A DNA stretch of 64,000 nucleotides, taken from contig OZ251244.1 of the NCBI GenBank assembly GCA_965240325.2, positions 620,001-684,000 on the forward strand, written 5' to 3'. Both the position numbers and the translations under genes were made by a program. Of the stretch, positions 33,280 to 45,978 are shown one piece after another. Numbering within the stretch: the stretch's first letter is position 1; each line of letters begins with the position of its first letter. The notes under the pieces are model-generated. The model made no database searches, had not been told where the DNA came from, and was given only the letters and a program-made list of their open reading frames with translations. Source of the DNA: Rebecca billardiae RCC1528. Lineage: Eukaryota > Protista > Haptophyta.

Positions 33280-34912
33280 GGCTCCGCCAGCGGAGCTCAG
33301 TTCAAGTTGAATACGTCCGTGAGCTCCGCCAGCGGAGGTTGAGTGTCAATATGGATAGTATTACGGTTAACGACTTCGCATTACTCCAATATGACATTCG
33401 GCGCCACCAAAGCTCCGCCAGCGGAGCTCAGCTCAAGTCAAGTCGTGGGCCATCATCGATAAGGACATTCGGCGCAGCCGAGGCTCCGCCAGCGGAGCTC
33501 AGTTCAAGTTGAATAGGCCCGCGAGCTCCGCCAGCGGAGGTTGAGTGTCAATATGGATATGATTACGGTAGTTAACGGCGTTGCATTACTCCAATATGAC
33601 ATGCGGCGCCACCAAAGCTCCGCCAGCGGAGCTCAGCTCAAGTCAAGTGGGCCATCGATAAGGACATTCGGCGCAGCCGAGGCTCCGCCAGCGGAGCTCA
33701 GTTCAAGTTGAATAGGCCCGCGAGCTCCGCCAGCGGAGGTTGAGTGTCAATATGGATATGATTACGGTAGTTAACGGCTTTGCATTACTACAATATGACA
33801 TGCGGCGCCACCAAAGCTCCGCCAGCGGAGCTCAGCTCAAGTCAAGACGTGGGCCATCGATAAGGACATTCGGCGGAGCCGAGGCTCCGCCAGCGGAGCT
33901 CAGTTCAAGTCGAATAGGTCCGTGAGCTCCGCCAGCGGAGGTTGAGTATCAATATGGATATGATTACGGTTGACGGCTTCGCATTACTCCAATATGATAT
34001 GCGGCGCCACCAAAGCTCCGCCAGCGGAGCTCAGCTCAAGTCGAATAGGTCCGTGAGCTCCGCCAGCGGAGGTTGAGTGTCAATATGGATATGATTATGG
34101 TTAACGGCTTCACATCATTCCCATAAATGGCATGCGGCGCCACCAAAGCTCCGCCAGCGGAGCTCAGCTCAAGTCAAGACGTCGGCCATCGATAAGGACA
34201 TTCGACACAGCCGAGGCTCCGCCAGCGGAGCTCAGTTAAAGTTGAATACTAGTAGGTACACGAGCTCCGCCAGCGGAGGTTGAGTCTCAATATAGATATG
34301 ACTACGGTTGACGCTTCCGCGTTACTCCAATATGGCATGCGGCGCCACCAAAGCTCCGCCACTCAGCCAGGGGAGCTCAGCTCAAGTCGAGAGTGGGTCA
34401 TCGATTAAGGACATTCGGCGCAGCCGAGGCTCCACCAGTGGAGCTCAGTTCAAGTCGAATAGGCCAGTGAGCTCCGCCAGCGGAGGTTGAATGTGTGGCA
34501 CAGCAGAGTATGAATGCGTTGAAAGGCTTAGCATTATTTCTCCGATATGACACACGGCGCTGACCACCGACGCTCCGCCAGCGGAGCTCAGTTCAAGTCA
34601 GGTGGGTCATCATTCATCAAGAATGGCATTCGGCGCCCCCGAAGCTCCGCCAGCGGAGCTCAGTTCAAGTGCCGAGTGTATTAGTTTACAAAAGGCATGG
34701 CTCATTAGCGAGCTCCGCCAGCGGAGGTGACTGCTGTTCGGTGGTTGACAGACTTCTGACCATAACTAGTACGTTTGTTGTGTCATTCCTGCAAGCCCAG
34801 GCTCCGCCAGCGGAGCATTCCATGCTCCGCCAGCGGGGATTTTTCGTGGCCACAAAAATCTCCGCCGGCGGAGGGTCTGGGCCCCTTGCCCGGATGCTCC
34901 GCTGGCGGAGAC
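33280..34912. repeat. Palindrome array, right arm, about 26 copies of CTCCGCCAGCGGAG
   Basis: Reverse complement of the two left-arm arrays joined together. Confidence 0.95.
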
Positions 34913-34932
34913 TTTTTGTAGTGACTCTTCTG

Positions 34933-35065
34933 CTGAACGAATGTTTCCGGCGGCGCTACCATCGGCGACGGCTTCATGGGCGGTGACCGTTGCGCGGGCG
35001 TCAATGGCTCAATCCGCTCGCCTGCCTGAGCTGTGTGCGTCTCTTATTCTTATTAGTAAACTGTA
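34933..35065 (+). mobile_element. Right end of a Tc1/mariner-like element split by the foldback insertion
   Basis: Ends in ...ctcttattcttattagtaaactg|ta. 25440-25536 joined to 34933-35005 matches the uninterrupted reverse copy at about 40486-40640. Confidence 0.75.
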
Positions 35066-35082
35066 CCGCCTGGTAAGCTAGT

Positions 35083-38000
35083 TCAGGCGGATGACGCTGG
35101 CGGGGCGTCGTGACGCGCTTGCACCAACGACTGCATCACACCGGATTCATCATTGCCCGCCTCCACCTCGTCCGCGGGACCCTCCGACGCGGGATTGATG
35201 GAGACGACGGACGACGACGCGATGCCTCCTGAGGAAGTACGCTGCTTGTCGGTGGCGCCCTCGTCGGTCAGGTCCGTGGCCTCCAAGGCGCCCTTGTCCT
35301 TGCCGTTCGTGCCGATGTCAAACGGGACGACGGTGGCGGAGGAGCGCCCGGCGCCCTGCTCGCGACCCGTCGAGTCGACCGAGCTGCGCCCGGCCTCGCC
35401 CGCGGCGCCCGCCGCCGCCGAGGCGCGGGCGGGCCTCGGCAGGCCGAGCAGCAGGCTGGCGCGGCGCGAGATCGAGCCTTGCGCCTCCGACAGCGGGCGC
35501 ACGAACTTGTTGACGGCGCTCATGCGCCGGCGCAGCCGCAGCGAGTGCATCGAGTGCTCGAGCTCCTCGTGCGTCACGCCCAGCTCCTCCTCGAGCGCGA
35601 GGTAGCGCTCGCCGTCCGTCGAGTTGTGGAACTCCGGCGTGCTAGCGCCCATCACAAACATGAGCGCGAGGGCGTCGTTGACGGTGTTGTGCGTGTCGTC
35701 GTCGTCGATCGAGGCGGTCACCTTGCGCGTGAGCACGCGCGGCGAGACGACGCGCAGGACCGCCGCGACGCCCTCCACCAGCTCGAACGAGAGGTTGACC
35801 TGCTTGAGCGACTTGGGCAGCTTCTCGTGCACGCCATGCAGATTGAACATCGAGATGGCGTACATGAGGACGCCATACCCGACGTGCGAGAGAGCGAGCA
35901 GTAGGACCGAGCCGACGCAGAGGTACATCGCCACGTCGAAGATGCCGCGCATGCTGCTCGGGCAGCGGCGGCCGGCGCGCGGCCGCGGGGCGGCGCGGGG
36001 TGCGGGCGCGAGCGCACGTCAGCCAGCGCGCGCGGACACCGCGGCCGCGCCGTCGGCGCTGGGCGCGCGGCGACCGGCGCGCCGCGCGCATGGCATGGGC
36101 GCGCGCCCTCGCAGGCTCGCACATTGGGTCCAAGCCGCTGGCGTCCGTGTAGACCATGCCGCCGACCGAGAGCACGACGATGAACATCGTGAGCAGGTAC
36201 ACGTTGAGCGAGTTGACGAGCGAGTGCTTGTACGGCCGGAACGAGGTCTGCAGCCGGAGGGCGGCGAGGATGATTACCGTCGTGAGGACCATGGTGATTG
36301 CGGGGCCGTACCCCTGCGCAAAGTTGAGCGTCACCGCCACGAGGAGCTTGCGCTGCGCGACGCCGGGGGGAAGGGGCGGCGCGGGAGGCGGCGCGCCGTC
36401 GCGCGGCGGTGGGCAACCGGCGACGGTCAGTACGAGGGCGTGCTCCGCAGCAGCCGCGTGCGCCGGGCCGGGCGGGTCGTCCGCTCCGCCTGCCACGTGC
36501 GGCCCACGCTGGCGCGCGCGGGCGCCGCACGGTGCGTGCGCGCCGCGCGCGCACACCGTCAGGTCGACGAGCTCCCAGAAGAAGTAGCGCTTCTTGTACG
36601 AGTCGCGCACCGCCGACGTGCACGACTTGATCGCGTGTGCGTCGTGCGTGCGGCCGAACCAGTACGCGCAGCCCAGCGTGGCTGGATAGCCGACCACGTA
36701 CAGAACGACCATCGTCACGGCCGCGGGGTAGATCTCGGCGTAGTACCGCTCCGACGAGCAGTCGAGCGACGGGTTGCTCGGCATCGTGAACGTGCCGTCC
36801 GGCTGCGCCGCGCACGAGAACGCCTCGAGCGTATGCCGCGCGGACGAGACATAGAGCAGCGTGGCGGCGAGCACGGTCGCGTTGATCGACTTGCAGGCGG
36901 CGCGCTCGAGCGCCTCGCGCTTCTCGTACCACGCGTTGGTCCACGTGCGGTACAGCGCGTACGGCCACTTGACGAGCAGCGTGAGCGCCGCGTAGCCCGT
37001 CGGGAAGATGAGCGGGAACAGCGCGGCCACGCGCCACTTGGCCGCCTTGTCCATCGGGTACTGGCACTCGAGGGAGAAGACAGACACGTCGATGTTGATG
37101 AACGAGAGGTACTCCATGATCTCCGCGAGCAGCGGCGGCCACTCGATGTTGACCGCGAGCATGAGGTTGAGCGTCTGCAGGAAGAAGACGATCTGTCGGT
37201 CGCGGGGCGCGCGCGCGGATCGATCGAGGCGGACGGGCGGAGGAGGGGCAGGCGGACGCAGCCGGCCGCGCGCGTGATGTTAGAGTGTTGCGGCGGGTCG
37301 GTGGGCCGCGCGCGGCGCGGCCGGGCGCGTGCGCGGCCGGGCGCGCGCCGCGGCCCCGCCAGCCGAACGGCGCGCACCACGCCAATCTCGGCGGCGACGG
37401 ACGTGCTCGAGGTGACGAGCGCGGTCTCGCGCTCGTCCTTCTCGTTCGGGTTGGCGAGGATGTGCAGCACGGCCATCACGATGATCACGATTGCGATCGC
37501 GCCCGCCGCGACCGAGCGGTTGCCGCCCGCGCACTCGAGGCACGAGTAATGCAGGCTGTAGTAGCCGCTCGCGCAGAGCGCGCACACGTCGCCGGTGTAG
37601 CCCCGGCCGCATGCCTCCACCTCGCCGCCGGGGCACGCCAGCGCCGAGAGGCAGCGCAGGAACGAGTAGGGCTCCTCGCGGCGCGCGTAGAAGCCCGCGG
37701 CCGGAACCGGCTCGATGCGGACCGAGTCTCCCGTGCCCTTGCACACGCCGCCCTCGGGGCAGGCGAGGCACTCCTCCCCGAGGTCCCTCCCAGCGGGCGC
37801 GTAGAAGCCCTCGACGCACGCGCAGTCCGTCTTGTTGTCCGCGCCGCGCAGCGTGTAGAACGGGATCGCCGAGTCGCCCGTCGACTGGAGGTAGGCGGAG
37901 TGCTCCGTGCACGTGCGGCACTCGGTCTGCGCCTCCTTGTCCTGATACTCGTCCGAGTTGCAGTCGATACTGAGGCGGGCCGGGGTGCAATCCCAAACAG

Positions 38001-39906
38001 CGCGGGGACGTCAACGAACGGCGGGAGGCGGCGGCGCGGCGGCAGGGCGCGCACATCGTCAGCGGTGTGCATCAAAAAAACGACCGCGGCGCGAGCGCGC
38101 GCTCAGCGCGCCGCACGGCCCTCGCGCGCGAGCGCGCACCACTGCGTGCGCTCGAACGCGTAGGTGCCGGGCGGGCAGGGCTCGCAATCCTCCATGCCGT
38201 CGGAGGGCGCGACGTAGCCATCAGCGCACGGCACGCAGTCGAGGCCGTCCAGCTCCGTGCCCTTCTGGCACACGTACGCGGTGCCGTCCTTTGGCCTCGA
38301 CGCCGTGCCGCCGTTGAACTTGAAGCGGTCGGCGCTCGCGGAGCTCATCGTCCACGCGCCGAACTGGAAGGCGCCGACGCGCTCCGAGACGGCGAGCGCG
38401 CCGCCCGAGACGCGGAAGTTGCGCATGGAGAAGCGCGCCGTCGCGATCGTGCGCGTGCCCTCCGCCGTCAGCGTCACGAGGCCCGACGCGCCCCTGAACT
38501 GCGCCGAGGTGATCCCCGCAAGAAGCGCCGGCGCGCTCGGCGCGTTGGGAGCGGCCGTGGCGCACGCGCCCAGCCCGAGCATCGCGATCGCGTCGTACGC
38601 GAAGGCGGCGGAGGGGTCGAACGGGTCGGCGCGGTCCCAGCCGAGCGCAGCCGGCGTGAGCGGCCGGCCGCCCGTGAAGTACGTCGAGATCGACGGCGCG
38701 AACTCGTCCCAGCTCGCCGCGCGCAGCTCCGCATCCAACGCCTGCCACTGAGTCTCGCTCGGGTCGGCGCCGACGTGCTGCACCTGCGCCGCGCCGTCGA
38801 GCAGCGTGAGGGACGGGTCGTCGGCCGGCAGGGCGTACGGGTCGAACTCGTCGCTGATGATGTAGTGGTAAGTCGGGCCGACCATCCCGTACTTGCGCAG
38901 CGCGGCGGCGACGGCTGGGAGGACGACGGAGTCGACCACGAGCACAATGATCCGCGGCGGCGTGCCGCTGGTCGGCTCGGCGAGCTTGGCCACGGCGGGG
39001 TCGATGGTGTCGTGGTTGCTCTCGATGTAGTCAGCTGAGACCGTCTCGATGCTCGGCGACATCGTCGTCGCGACGCCCACCAGGCCCTGCGCGTAGATCG
39101 AGCCGTACGGCCCGTTGTCGTGCAGGATGCCGATGCGGCGCCAGCCGTTGAGCGCCACCCACTGCAACATCGCGTAGTTCACACTCACGTCGGACGGCAG
39201 CGTCTGTGCGGCGAGGGGTCGGCGGGGGACGGGGGGGGGGGGGCGCGCGGCAGCGTGAGCAGGCGGGACACTCCCGCGAGATGTCGCGCGCGAGGATCGC
39301 TGGCTCCCCGCATGCCGAGGACACCGCAGCCGACAGGTGCGGCCCGGCGAGCCGAGCGCGCGGCGGAGCAGCGCCGCGCCACGCGGTCTGGGGCGCGCGG
39401 GTGGCAGGGTGGCGCGCTCGGGGGCGCAAGAACGCAGCGCGGCGGGGGCGCACCCGGGTGAACAGTGGGAAGAGACTTGCGCTGTCCATCGCCGGCGAGG
39501 CCGACGCGAACGAGACCATCGGCCGGCCAAAGAGCCCGGACAAGAGGGCGAGGGGCACCGTGCACAGGTTGCCACCCGTGCCCATCACCGCGTTCCAGCC
39601 CGAGAAGCCGGCGAGGAAGGCCTGGGTCGCGTACGCGCACTGCCCGTCGGGGAAGTCGAAGGCCGAGATGTTGATCCGCGCGTTGCACCCGCCGAGCCCG
39701 GCGAAGTTGGGCACGAACCGCGCGTCGCGCTCGTTGAAGTGCTTGGCGGCGAGCAGCGCGGCCGCGACCGCCTGGCCCTTCTTCGCCGGGGCGAGCGGCG
39801 TGACGAGGCCGAGCTCAAGGGCGCGCGTTCCGAAGGGCAGCGCCAGCGTGACGAGGAGCAGCAGGCGCGCGGCGGTGCGCGAGGCGGCGGCGAGCGGCGG
39901 CTGCAT
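35083..39906 (-). CDS. 6-exon receptor-like protein: signal peptide, Venus-flytrap (ANF_receptor / class C GPCR-type) domain, Cys-rich repeats, multi-TM region
   Basis: Inferred exons 39906-39454, 39203-38140, 37969-37378, 37192-36557, 36352-36123 and 35953-35083, all GT..AG and frame-consistent. VSFASASPAMD..LFPLFTRTLPSD, GWRRIGIL and AAFAYDAI (VFT). CxxCxxGxY repeats. FFLQ..IEWP, YFFWELVDLTRKLL and RPYK in the TM part. Confidence 0.85.
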
Positions 39907-40354
39907 GGTCGGCGTCAGCCCGGGCACCCAGGAGCTGAGCACGGGGCGTGCGCGGGCTCGGGTTGTCGTTGCGTTTCGCGCCCGGGGCCGGGAGCGCGCC
40001 TCGCGGTCGCAAGCGCGAACCGCCGCTAAAAGGGCGCACGTGGCCCGAGAAGGAAACCGGGAGGAAAACTGACGATACCCAAGTCGGTGTCGATTGTATA
40101 AGACCAAGTAGGTAATGAACACCAGGCACTACATGAATCGAATCTTCGGCTTCTTCATTGCGAGGCGAATTCGTGCCGCGACCGTTTTTTTGGCGCGCCC
40201 AGAAGGCCAGAAATAGACGACGCGCATATTGTACAGCTGGGCGAGATTCTTATCTGACACCGCCGCCGGTACAGGACTGATCATAAACTACCTGTGGTGA
40301 TAGTTGTTAACTGAGTGTTGAGAATGTCTGGACGAAGCACTCTGGACTCTGGTA

Positions 40355-40640
40355 CGTCTCTTATTCTTAGTAAACTGTAACCGTAAAACTGTATCTATGA
40401 TAGATTCAGGCTGGGACCAGGTGCAGTTTGTCATCAATCCGGTCAGCTGGCGCAGGCAGGCGAGATGGGCAGATTTAGATTGCTGATTGACGCCCGCCAA
40501 GGCGCCAACTGTTCATCACAAGCCGGTAGCGCCGTCGGAAGATTCATTCAGCCGCCCGCCTGCGAGGCCTGGATGAGCTGCGGCCGCCTCGCGGCGCGCC
40601 AGCGTCCGTCGTCATCGCCCCACGTCGTCCACAAAACGTC
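40355..40640. mobile_element. Remnants of the CAGTTTACTAAG-terminated element (40355-40379 +; 40451-40640 -)
   Basis: Terminal repeat fragments plus internal sequence homologous to 25440-25536 and 34933-35005. Confidence 0.7.
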
Positions 40641-41054
40641 GTCGTCCGACTCTCCGACTGGGCGCCAATGCGACAGCAACAGTAATTCCCATCACAAGGG
40701 AAGCTCAGTGGCGGGCGTGAATCTGAATGCCCGTCTCACCGCGATCCAAGGCGCGTGTGGCACGTCTGGGACCGGGGGGCGTTGCACTCGCCGGTCGGCG
40801 TTGCCGTACGAGCGCGTGGGCATGAGTGACAGTTTCCTTTCCGACTTTCGACCACTCTCACGTCCACGTCCACGTCCTCGTGCGACCGGCCCGCGCGCCA
40901 GCGCGCGTGAGGCTGCACATGCGGGAAGAAAGGGCAAGTAAGGACCAGGATCACCGTTCTGACGGCCATGCTGGCCTCTTCGGCATGCATTGCGATGGCA
41001 CATGCCCTGTCATTGCTCCATCTGACCCTACCAGCCGTGGGTCTGACGAGCAAG

Positions 41055-41155
41055 GTTGGTTGGCTGCGCGGTAGTCGTGCGACCGCCGTCCGACACGGCT
41101 GCCGTGCAGATACGTTTGGCGTGTGCGCGCCTGTCAACAGCGGGGCGATCATCGA
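41055..41155 (+). repeat. Degenerate fragment related to the interior of the AT-TSD element (26590-26690)
   Basis: Shared gtgtgcgcgcctgtcaacagcggggc(g/a)atc and upstream ctgcgcg.tagt..tgcgaccgc. Confidence 0.7.
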
Positions 41156-42749
41156 CTGTCATGGCTAGCGAGGTGATCAGGGCTGGCGACAACCTTCTCT
41201 CGTACCACCTCGTACCACGTCACGCGATTTGGCGCCCTCGCCACCGCTCAACTTTGGCCGTACAGGGGCATGGATGTGCTGCACTACTACCTGGTCAGCT
41301 GCACCGCCAACTTAGTGGGCACCAGCCAGGTGCCATCTGGCTGTACCGCAGTATCATCTGTGACGCGGCACGCACGCGCGCTCGGTCGGAAGTGATTCAC
41401 AGTGATTACGACAGTACAGTGATGATTGACGATGAGGGATAATCGATCGCCAACTGGCAATCCCGCGGCTCGGTGGCCCGGACCCGGCGCCGCAGCCGCA
41501 TTCCGCTACGGCTACAGCCGCCGACTCGGACACGGTGCCGCCCGTACCGCCGCGGCACCGCGGGGGCGCCGCGGCCCGCGGTCGCCTGCGGGGCCGCCGG
41601 ACCGACTCCCGACTATGAGGCACTCTGAGAGCGCCTTGTCGCGGTGCCCACAGACAGCAGCGTCAGCACGATGACCGGATCGGACGATGCCGGCGTTCCC
41701 AAGTGCCGCGGCGCGCGGGCGTGACTGAGCCCCAGTCCGTGGCCGTGCTGGCATGCCTTAGGTCTAGGAATAACGGTAAAGCAGCGCAGCCCCCAAGAAT
41801 CCAGAGACTAGTCACTAGTGAGAGGGCTGCTGCCGTACGATAAATAAATGACCGTGGCGGTGCACTGTATTATACTCGCCGCCGCCTCAGTCGGCAGCGG
41901 CGTTCAAAATTGGCATATATATATCATTACTGTGGATACGGACGCGGACTCACAGCAAGTGGGCTACTAGTGGCGGCTGGTAATATATAGCACGGACTCC
42001 GGGCCAGCAGTTTCCATTGATGCCCGAGTAGAGTTATACCGCAGTGACCCTGCAGCCCTGCCTTGGCCGTTGGCCGGCGGAGAGTACGGAATTGGACCCG
42101 CCGTTGCCAGGCTGTTGGACCACTTTCAGATGCCGAGTATACTGCTGCGCTAGTATATATAGCTATAAGTCGGCCCGACTCGCCGCCCGCGCCCGGCCCG
42201 GCGCGGACCGCTCGGCGCGGCTCGGGCCTCGCGGCCCGCGCGGTCGGCGGTGCGGCCGCGCGGTCACGCCGCGCGGTCCCGGAGTCACTAGTCAGGACCG
42301 ACCGCTAGGTCTGGACGCAGGGCTGTCGATTTGATCATGACGAGTGATCATCCGCGGGCACACGGCCGCGGCAGCCCGCGGTGCGGCTGCTGAGTTTGAC
42401 AGCTCAGTGACGGATTGACGAGGGCCGGACTGGCCGCACGCGGCGGCGCGAACCGGACCCGAAACGCACTGGGGCACCGCGCCGACCGCGGAGCGCCCGG
42501 GCGGTCCGCCGCGCCAATGTGCCCGGTCACAGTCACGCTGATGATCGGTCACATCTGTTCGCGCGATCAGCCGTCCGGCAGACCGGCTGCCACTCGCCGC
42601 GTGCAGCGCGGCGGCACGGTAGCGCGCAGGCCAGCTCGGGCGCAGCCGGCATGAGCTGCGGCGGTATGATGCGACACGGGTGTGCACACGGGACGGCGGC
42701 GGCGTGCGGGTCGGCGTGCGGGCGTGGCGGTGCGGTGCGGCCCGCTCGC

Positions 42750-45030
42750 TCACTCTCGCGCGGGCTGGGCCGCCTTGGGCAGCGTCGGCTCCGTGTCGTC
42801 CGCGACCACGTCGAGGCCGAACGCCCTTTTGATCGAGTTGGGCGTGTGCGCCGCGTTGTACATGTCCCGGTCGCGGAACGAGCAGATGAAGATCGATTCG
42901 ATGATCACCTCGTACACGGCGGCGAAGATGCGCGTGATGAAGAAGGAGAAGATGATCGTGACCAGCGCCGCGTACATCGGGTTGGGCTGGTTCCACGCGT
43001 CCACCCAGTAGTAGCAGATGATGCCGGCGATGAAGGGCACCGTCACAGACTGGAGGATCTTGAGCACAGACTGGACGAGGTGGTTCACGTACACCTGCCG
43101 GGGGCGCGCGCGCGCGACGCGCGGCGACGGGCGGTGCCGGGCGCGCGGGGCTCAGCTGACGCGCGCGCCGCGCACGCTCGCGCGGCCCGACCCGAGGGCG
43201 CGCGCCGCGCGCCGCGCGCGCCGCGCCGCGGCCGCGCACCTGTCCGGGGTATTTCATGATGATGAGGAACGTGTTGCGCGCGGCGTTGCAGAAGGACATG
43301 CCCTCGATGGCCGTGTAGATGTAGCTGTAGCCGGTGATGAACTTGAGGCAGTTCTCCAGGCACCACATGCAGCACTTGACGCACTTGAGCACGAGCTTGG
43401 CGAAGATGTTCGAGTCCTGGAGGTCCTTGGTGCGCTGGTCGATGTACTCGAGGATGATGCGCAGCGTCTGACTGATGGCGATCAGCAGCGAGCCAAACGC
43501 GACGGTGCCGAGGTGGTAGATGAGGGTCGTCTTCAGCGCGGTCGCGGTGGGGAAGCGCGACTGCTCCGTGGGCGAGTCGCGGAAGAAGAACCACTGCGAG
43601 ACCGCGCCGGCGATCGTCACCATCACCACGCCGATGATGAACGAGAAGGACCAGAGCGTCCCAAACGTGTGGTAGGCGAGCAGGAAGTTGCGCGTGTTGG
43701 TGTCGTCGTTGGCGATCACGTCGGCGATGCCGTTCTCCGCGGACCTGAGCTGCGCCTGGAAGGCGGCGTAGTCGCCCGCCTTCGATGTCGCGATGTACGC
43801 GCCGATGTACGTCCAGTACAGGAAGATGAGCACCGCGCCGATCGTCGCGCCGAACGGCACGACCATGATGGACGGCAGCTCGCCGACCACGACCGACGAC
43901 TCCTGCACGATCGCGATGCACGTCTCGATAGCCTTGCCGAGCGTGCACATCGAGATGATGAAGGCGATGAGGATGCCGAGCGAGACGAAGAAGCCCGCGC
44001 GGAAGACGTCGAGGTTCTCCACCGTCACGCCCGAGTACGAGAACGACTTCTCCTGCGCCTCCGTGCAGTTGTACACGTGGTCGTTGCCCGTGATGAAGCA
44101 CGAGTATGTGAACGAGATGGCCACCATCGCAAAGAGCACGATGAACATGAGCGCGATCATCGTGTACACGACGACGCGCGCGGCGAAACGGAGGGAGAAG
44201 ACCCACGCGTAGCACAGCCCGAACGTCACGATCAGCGCGCACACCGCGATCTGCAGCCGCGACTCGTTCATCGTCTCGACGAACGAGATGAAGGAGCCTA
44301 GCGTGCCGGTCACGTAGTCGCGCACGATCGACTGGCGGAGCGAGAAGAAGGTGGTGGTGCCCGAGACGTCCTTGGCGATCTCGCACTGGTCTAGGATCTT
44401 CTTGGGCAGCGTCGCGTTCATCTGCCACGACTTCTTGTCGCCCGAGTCCTCCAGATCGCAGCGCACGCCCACCTCGTCGCAGTCGGGCTCGAAGCAGTAC
44501 GTCGTGGTCGCGAGCCTCTCGTTCGCGTACGGCCAGCAGCGGTTGAGCAGCGAGACCTCGGGGAGCACCGTGGTCCACACCTTCTGCCGGTCGACCTGCG
44601 GCCGGCCCTCCCACAGGTAGTTGTGGATGCTCACCGGGTCCACGATGCCGTCCTCGTTGACGGCGACGTCCTCCTCCGAGACACACCGGCGGACGCAGAG
44701 GCCGTACAGCTGCACGAGCCACGGCTTGCGCTGGCGGATGAACTCGTTCTGCTCGAAGAGGTCGAGGTCGAGGCGCGGGTAGATCGTCTTCGGCCGGTCA
44801 GCGAAGTCGCCCACGCCGCACCGGTTGCCCCTATAGTCCGCGCCATACTTGATCGCGTTGAGGTCGCCATTCGCAATCCCGAGCCCGGCGATCACCCACA
44901 TGCCAACCCAGAAGCCCATGAAGAGTATCAGGCAGAGCAGATCGGTGCACACGCGCTCGTTTGCCGGACGCGGGCCCGGCTTACCCGACCGAGGCTCGGG
45001 CTCTTTCGAGAAGCCATCGCAGATCGCCAT
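42750..45030 (-). CDS. Choline transporter-like protein (CTL/SLC44 family), 2 exons
   Basis: RVCTDLLCLILF, YGADYRGNRCG, YHLGTVAFGSLLIAI, CCMWCLENCLKFI and AIEGMSFCNAARN motifs; intron 43239-43095. Confidence 0.93.
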
Positions 45031-45978
45031 CTTGCAGCGCTGGGGTGGGGGCACTGCGTGCTTTCAGCCACCCTGCCGACTTTGCGGCGCCCGGTACGCT
45101 CGCTACAGCGGAGAGTTCGGGGCGACGCGCACCCCAGTGCTCATTGGCTCATTTTGATCGGGGGTGCTCCTAATTCCAAACTTATTGTGCGGTTGCGCGT
45201 CATCCCGCAGCTACTCACCGGACGGGTACGTGCTCAAAAAGTCGGCACGCGCTCACAAAGTCTCCGCGGCAGTTGGCGGGCGATTTCAGGCAGGACCCAG
45301 TCCTGCACGCCGCCACGCCCCACGCGGCGTCATGGCCGCCACGCGCCCCATACTAGGGCACACCCCTCGCCGCGCGCGCTCCAGCTTGATCGCCAGGCGA
45401 CATGCACGCACATACGCAGGAGCACACGCGAGAGCGCGCGTGGGCAACTGCGTGCTGCATGCGCAGCCACGTGTGGCCGTGTTGCAGGGCGGCGGGCGGG
45501 CGCGGGCTACGCGGGTGACGCCTCCGGCCTTGCGCGTCCGGGTGGCTTGCCCCTGTGTGCTTGGCTGGCGCTCTGGAACAGGCGCCATTGCAGTGCTCGA
45601 ACGAGAAGTGACGGAACGGGTGTAGTTGGGTTGTCGTCAGCCCGTCGTCGGAGCCGACACTTAGCCGGATACAAGTGACTCTCAGCCTTGCGTTCCGCGT
45701 TGTCGAGCAGCGTGCATACTGATAGTGATAACAGACCCCCAGCATTCCTTAGAGGCTCAAGTCAGAGGCTTCGGCCTCCTAGCTCGGTAATACTCGTAGT
45801 ACCATCGGCGCAGGCGAAGGTGCGGTGTCTGCGCGTCTGGGCCTGGCTTGGCCTGGCCCTGTATCCTGGCTTCCCGCTCACTCTGACACTCAGTATCCGG
45901 TAGCTGGTAAGGAGTCTGCGAAGGCTGCCTGGCTGGCCTCTCCGGAAAGTTCGGTCGCACGAGTTAGACGGATTCATC

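Larger units (their letters stand above)
25537..34932. mobile_element. 9.4-kb foldback element with CACTACAAAAA near both ends and long palindrome-array arms; non-autonomous
   Basis: Ends CAGGGCAGTCACTACAAAAA / TTTTTGTAGTGACTCTTCTG with CTG on both flanks (25534-25536, 34933-34935). Arms mirror each other about position 31431 (identical ORF translations on opposite strands, e.g. 29590..30075 + and 32787..33272 -). No transposase seen. Confidence 0.85.

Noticed and set aside
25559-34912. CRISPR array
   Set aside because: The spacers are not unique (three types recur periodically), lengths vary about 2-fold, no cas genes are present, the context is eukaryotic, and the arrays are mirror arms of a TIR element.
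25546-34923. Canonical CACTA element with ends exactly at CACTA/TAGTG
   Set aside because: The flanks AGT/ACT are not a direct repeat, and the empty-site copy indicates 9 more element-derived bases at each end; kept only as CACTA-related.
41420-42520. GC-rich quasi-palindromic stretches as another defined element
   Set aside because: No paired termini or TSD could be established by eye.
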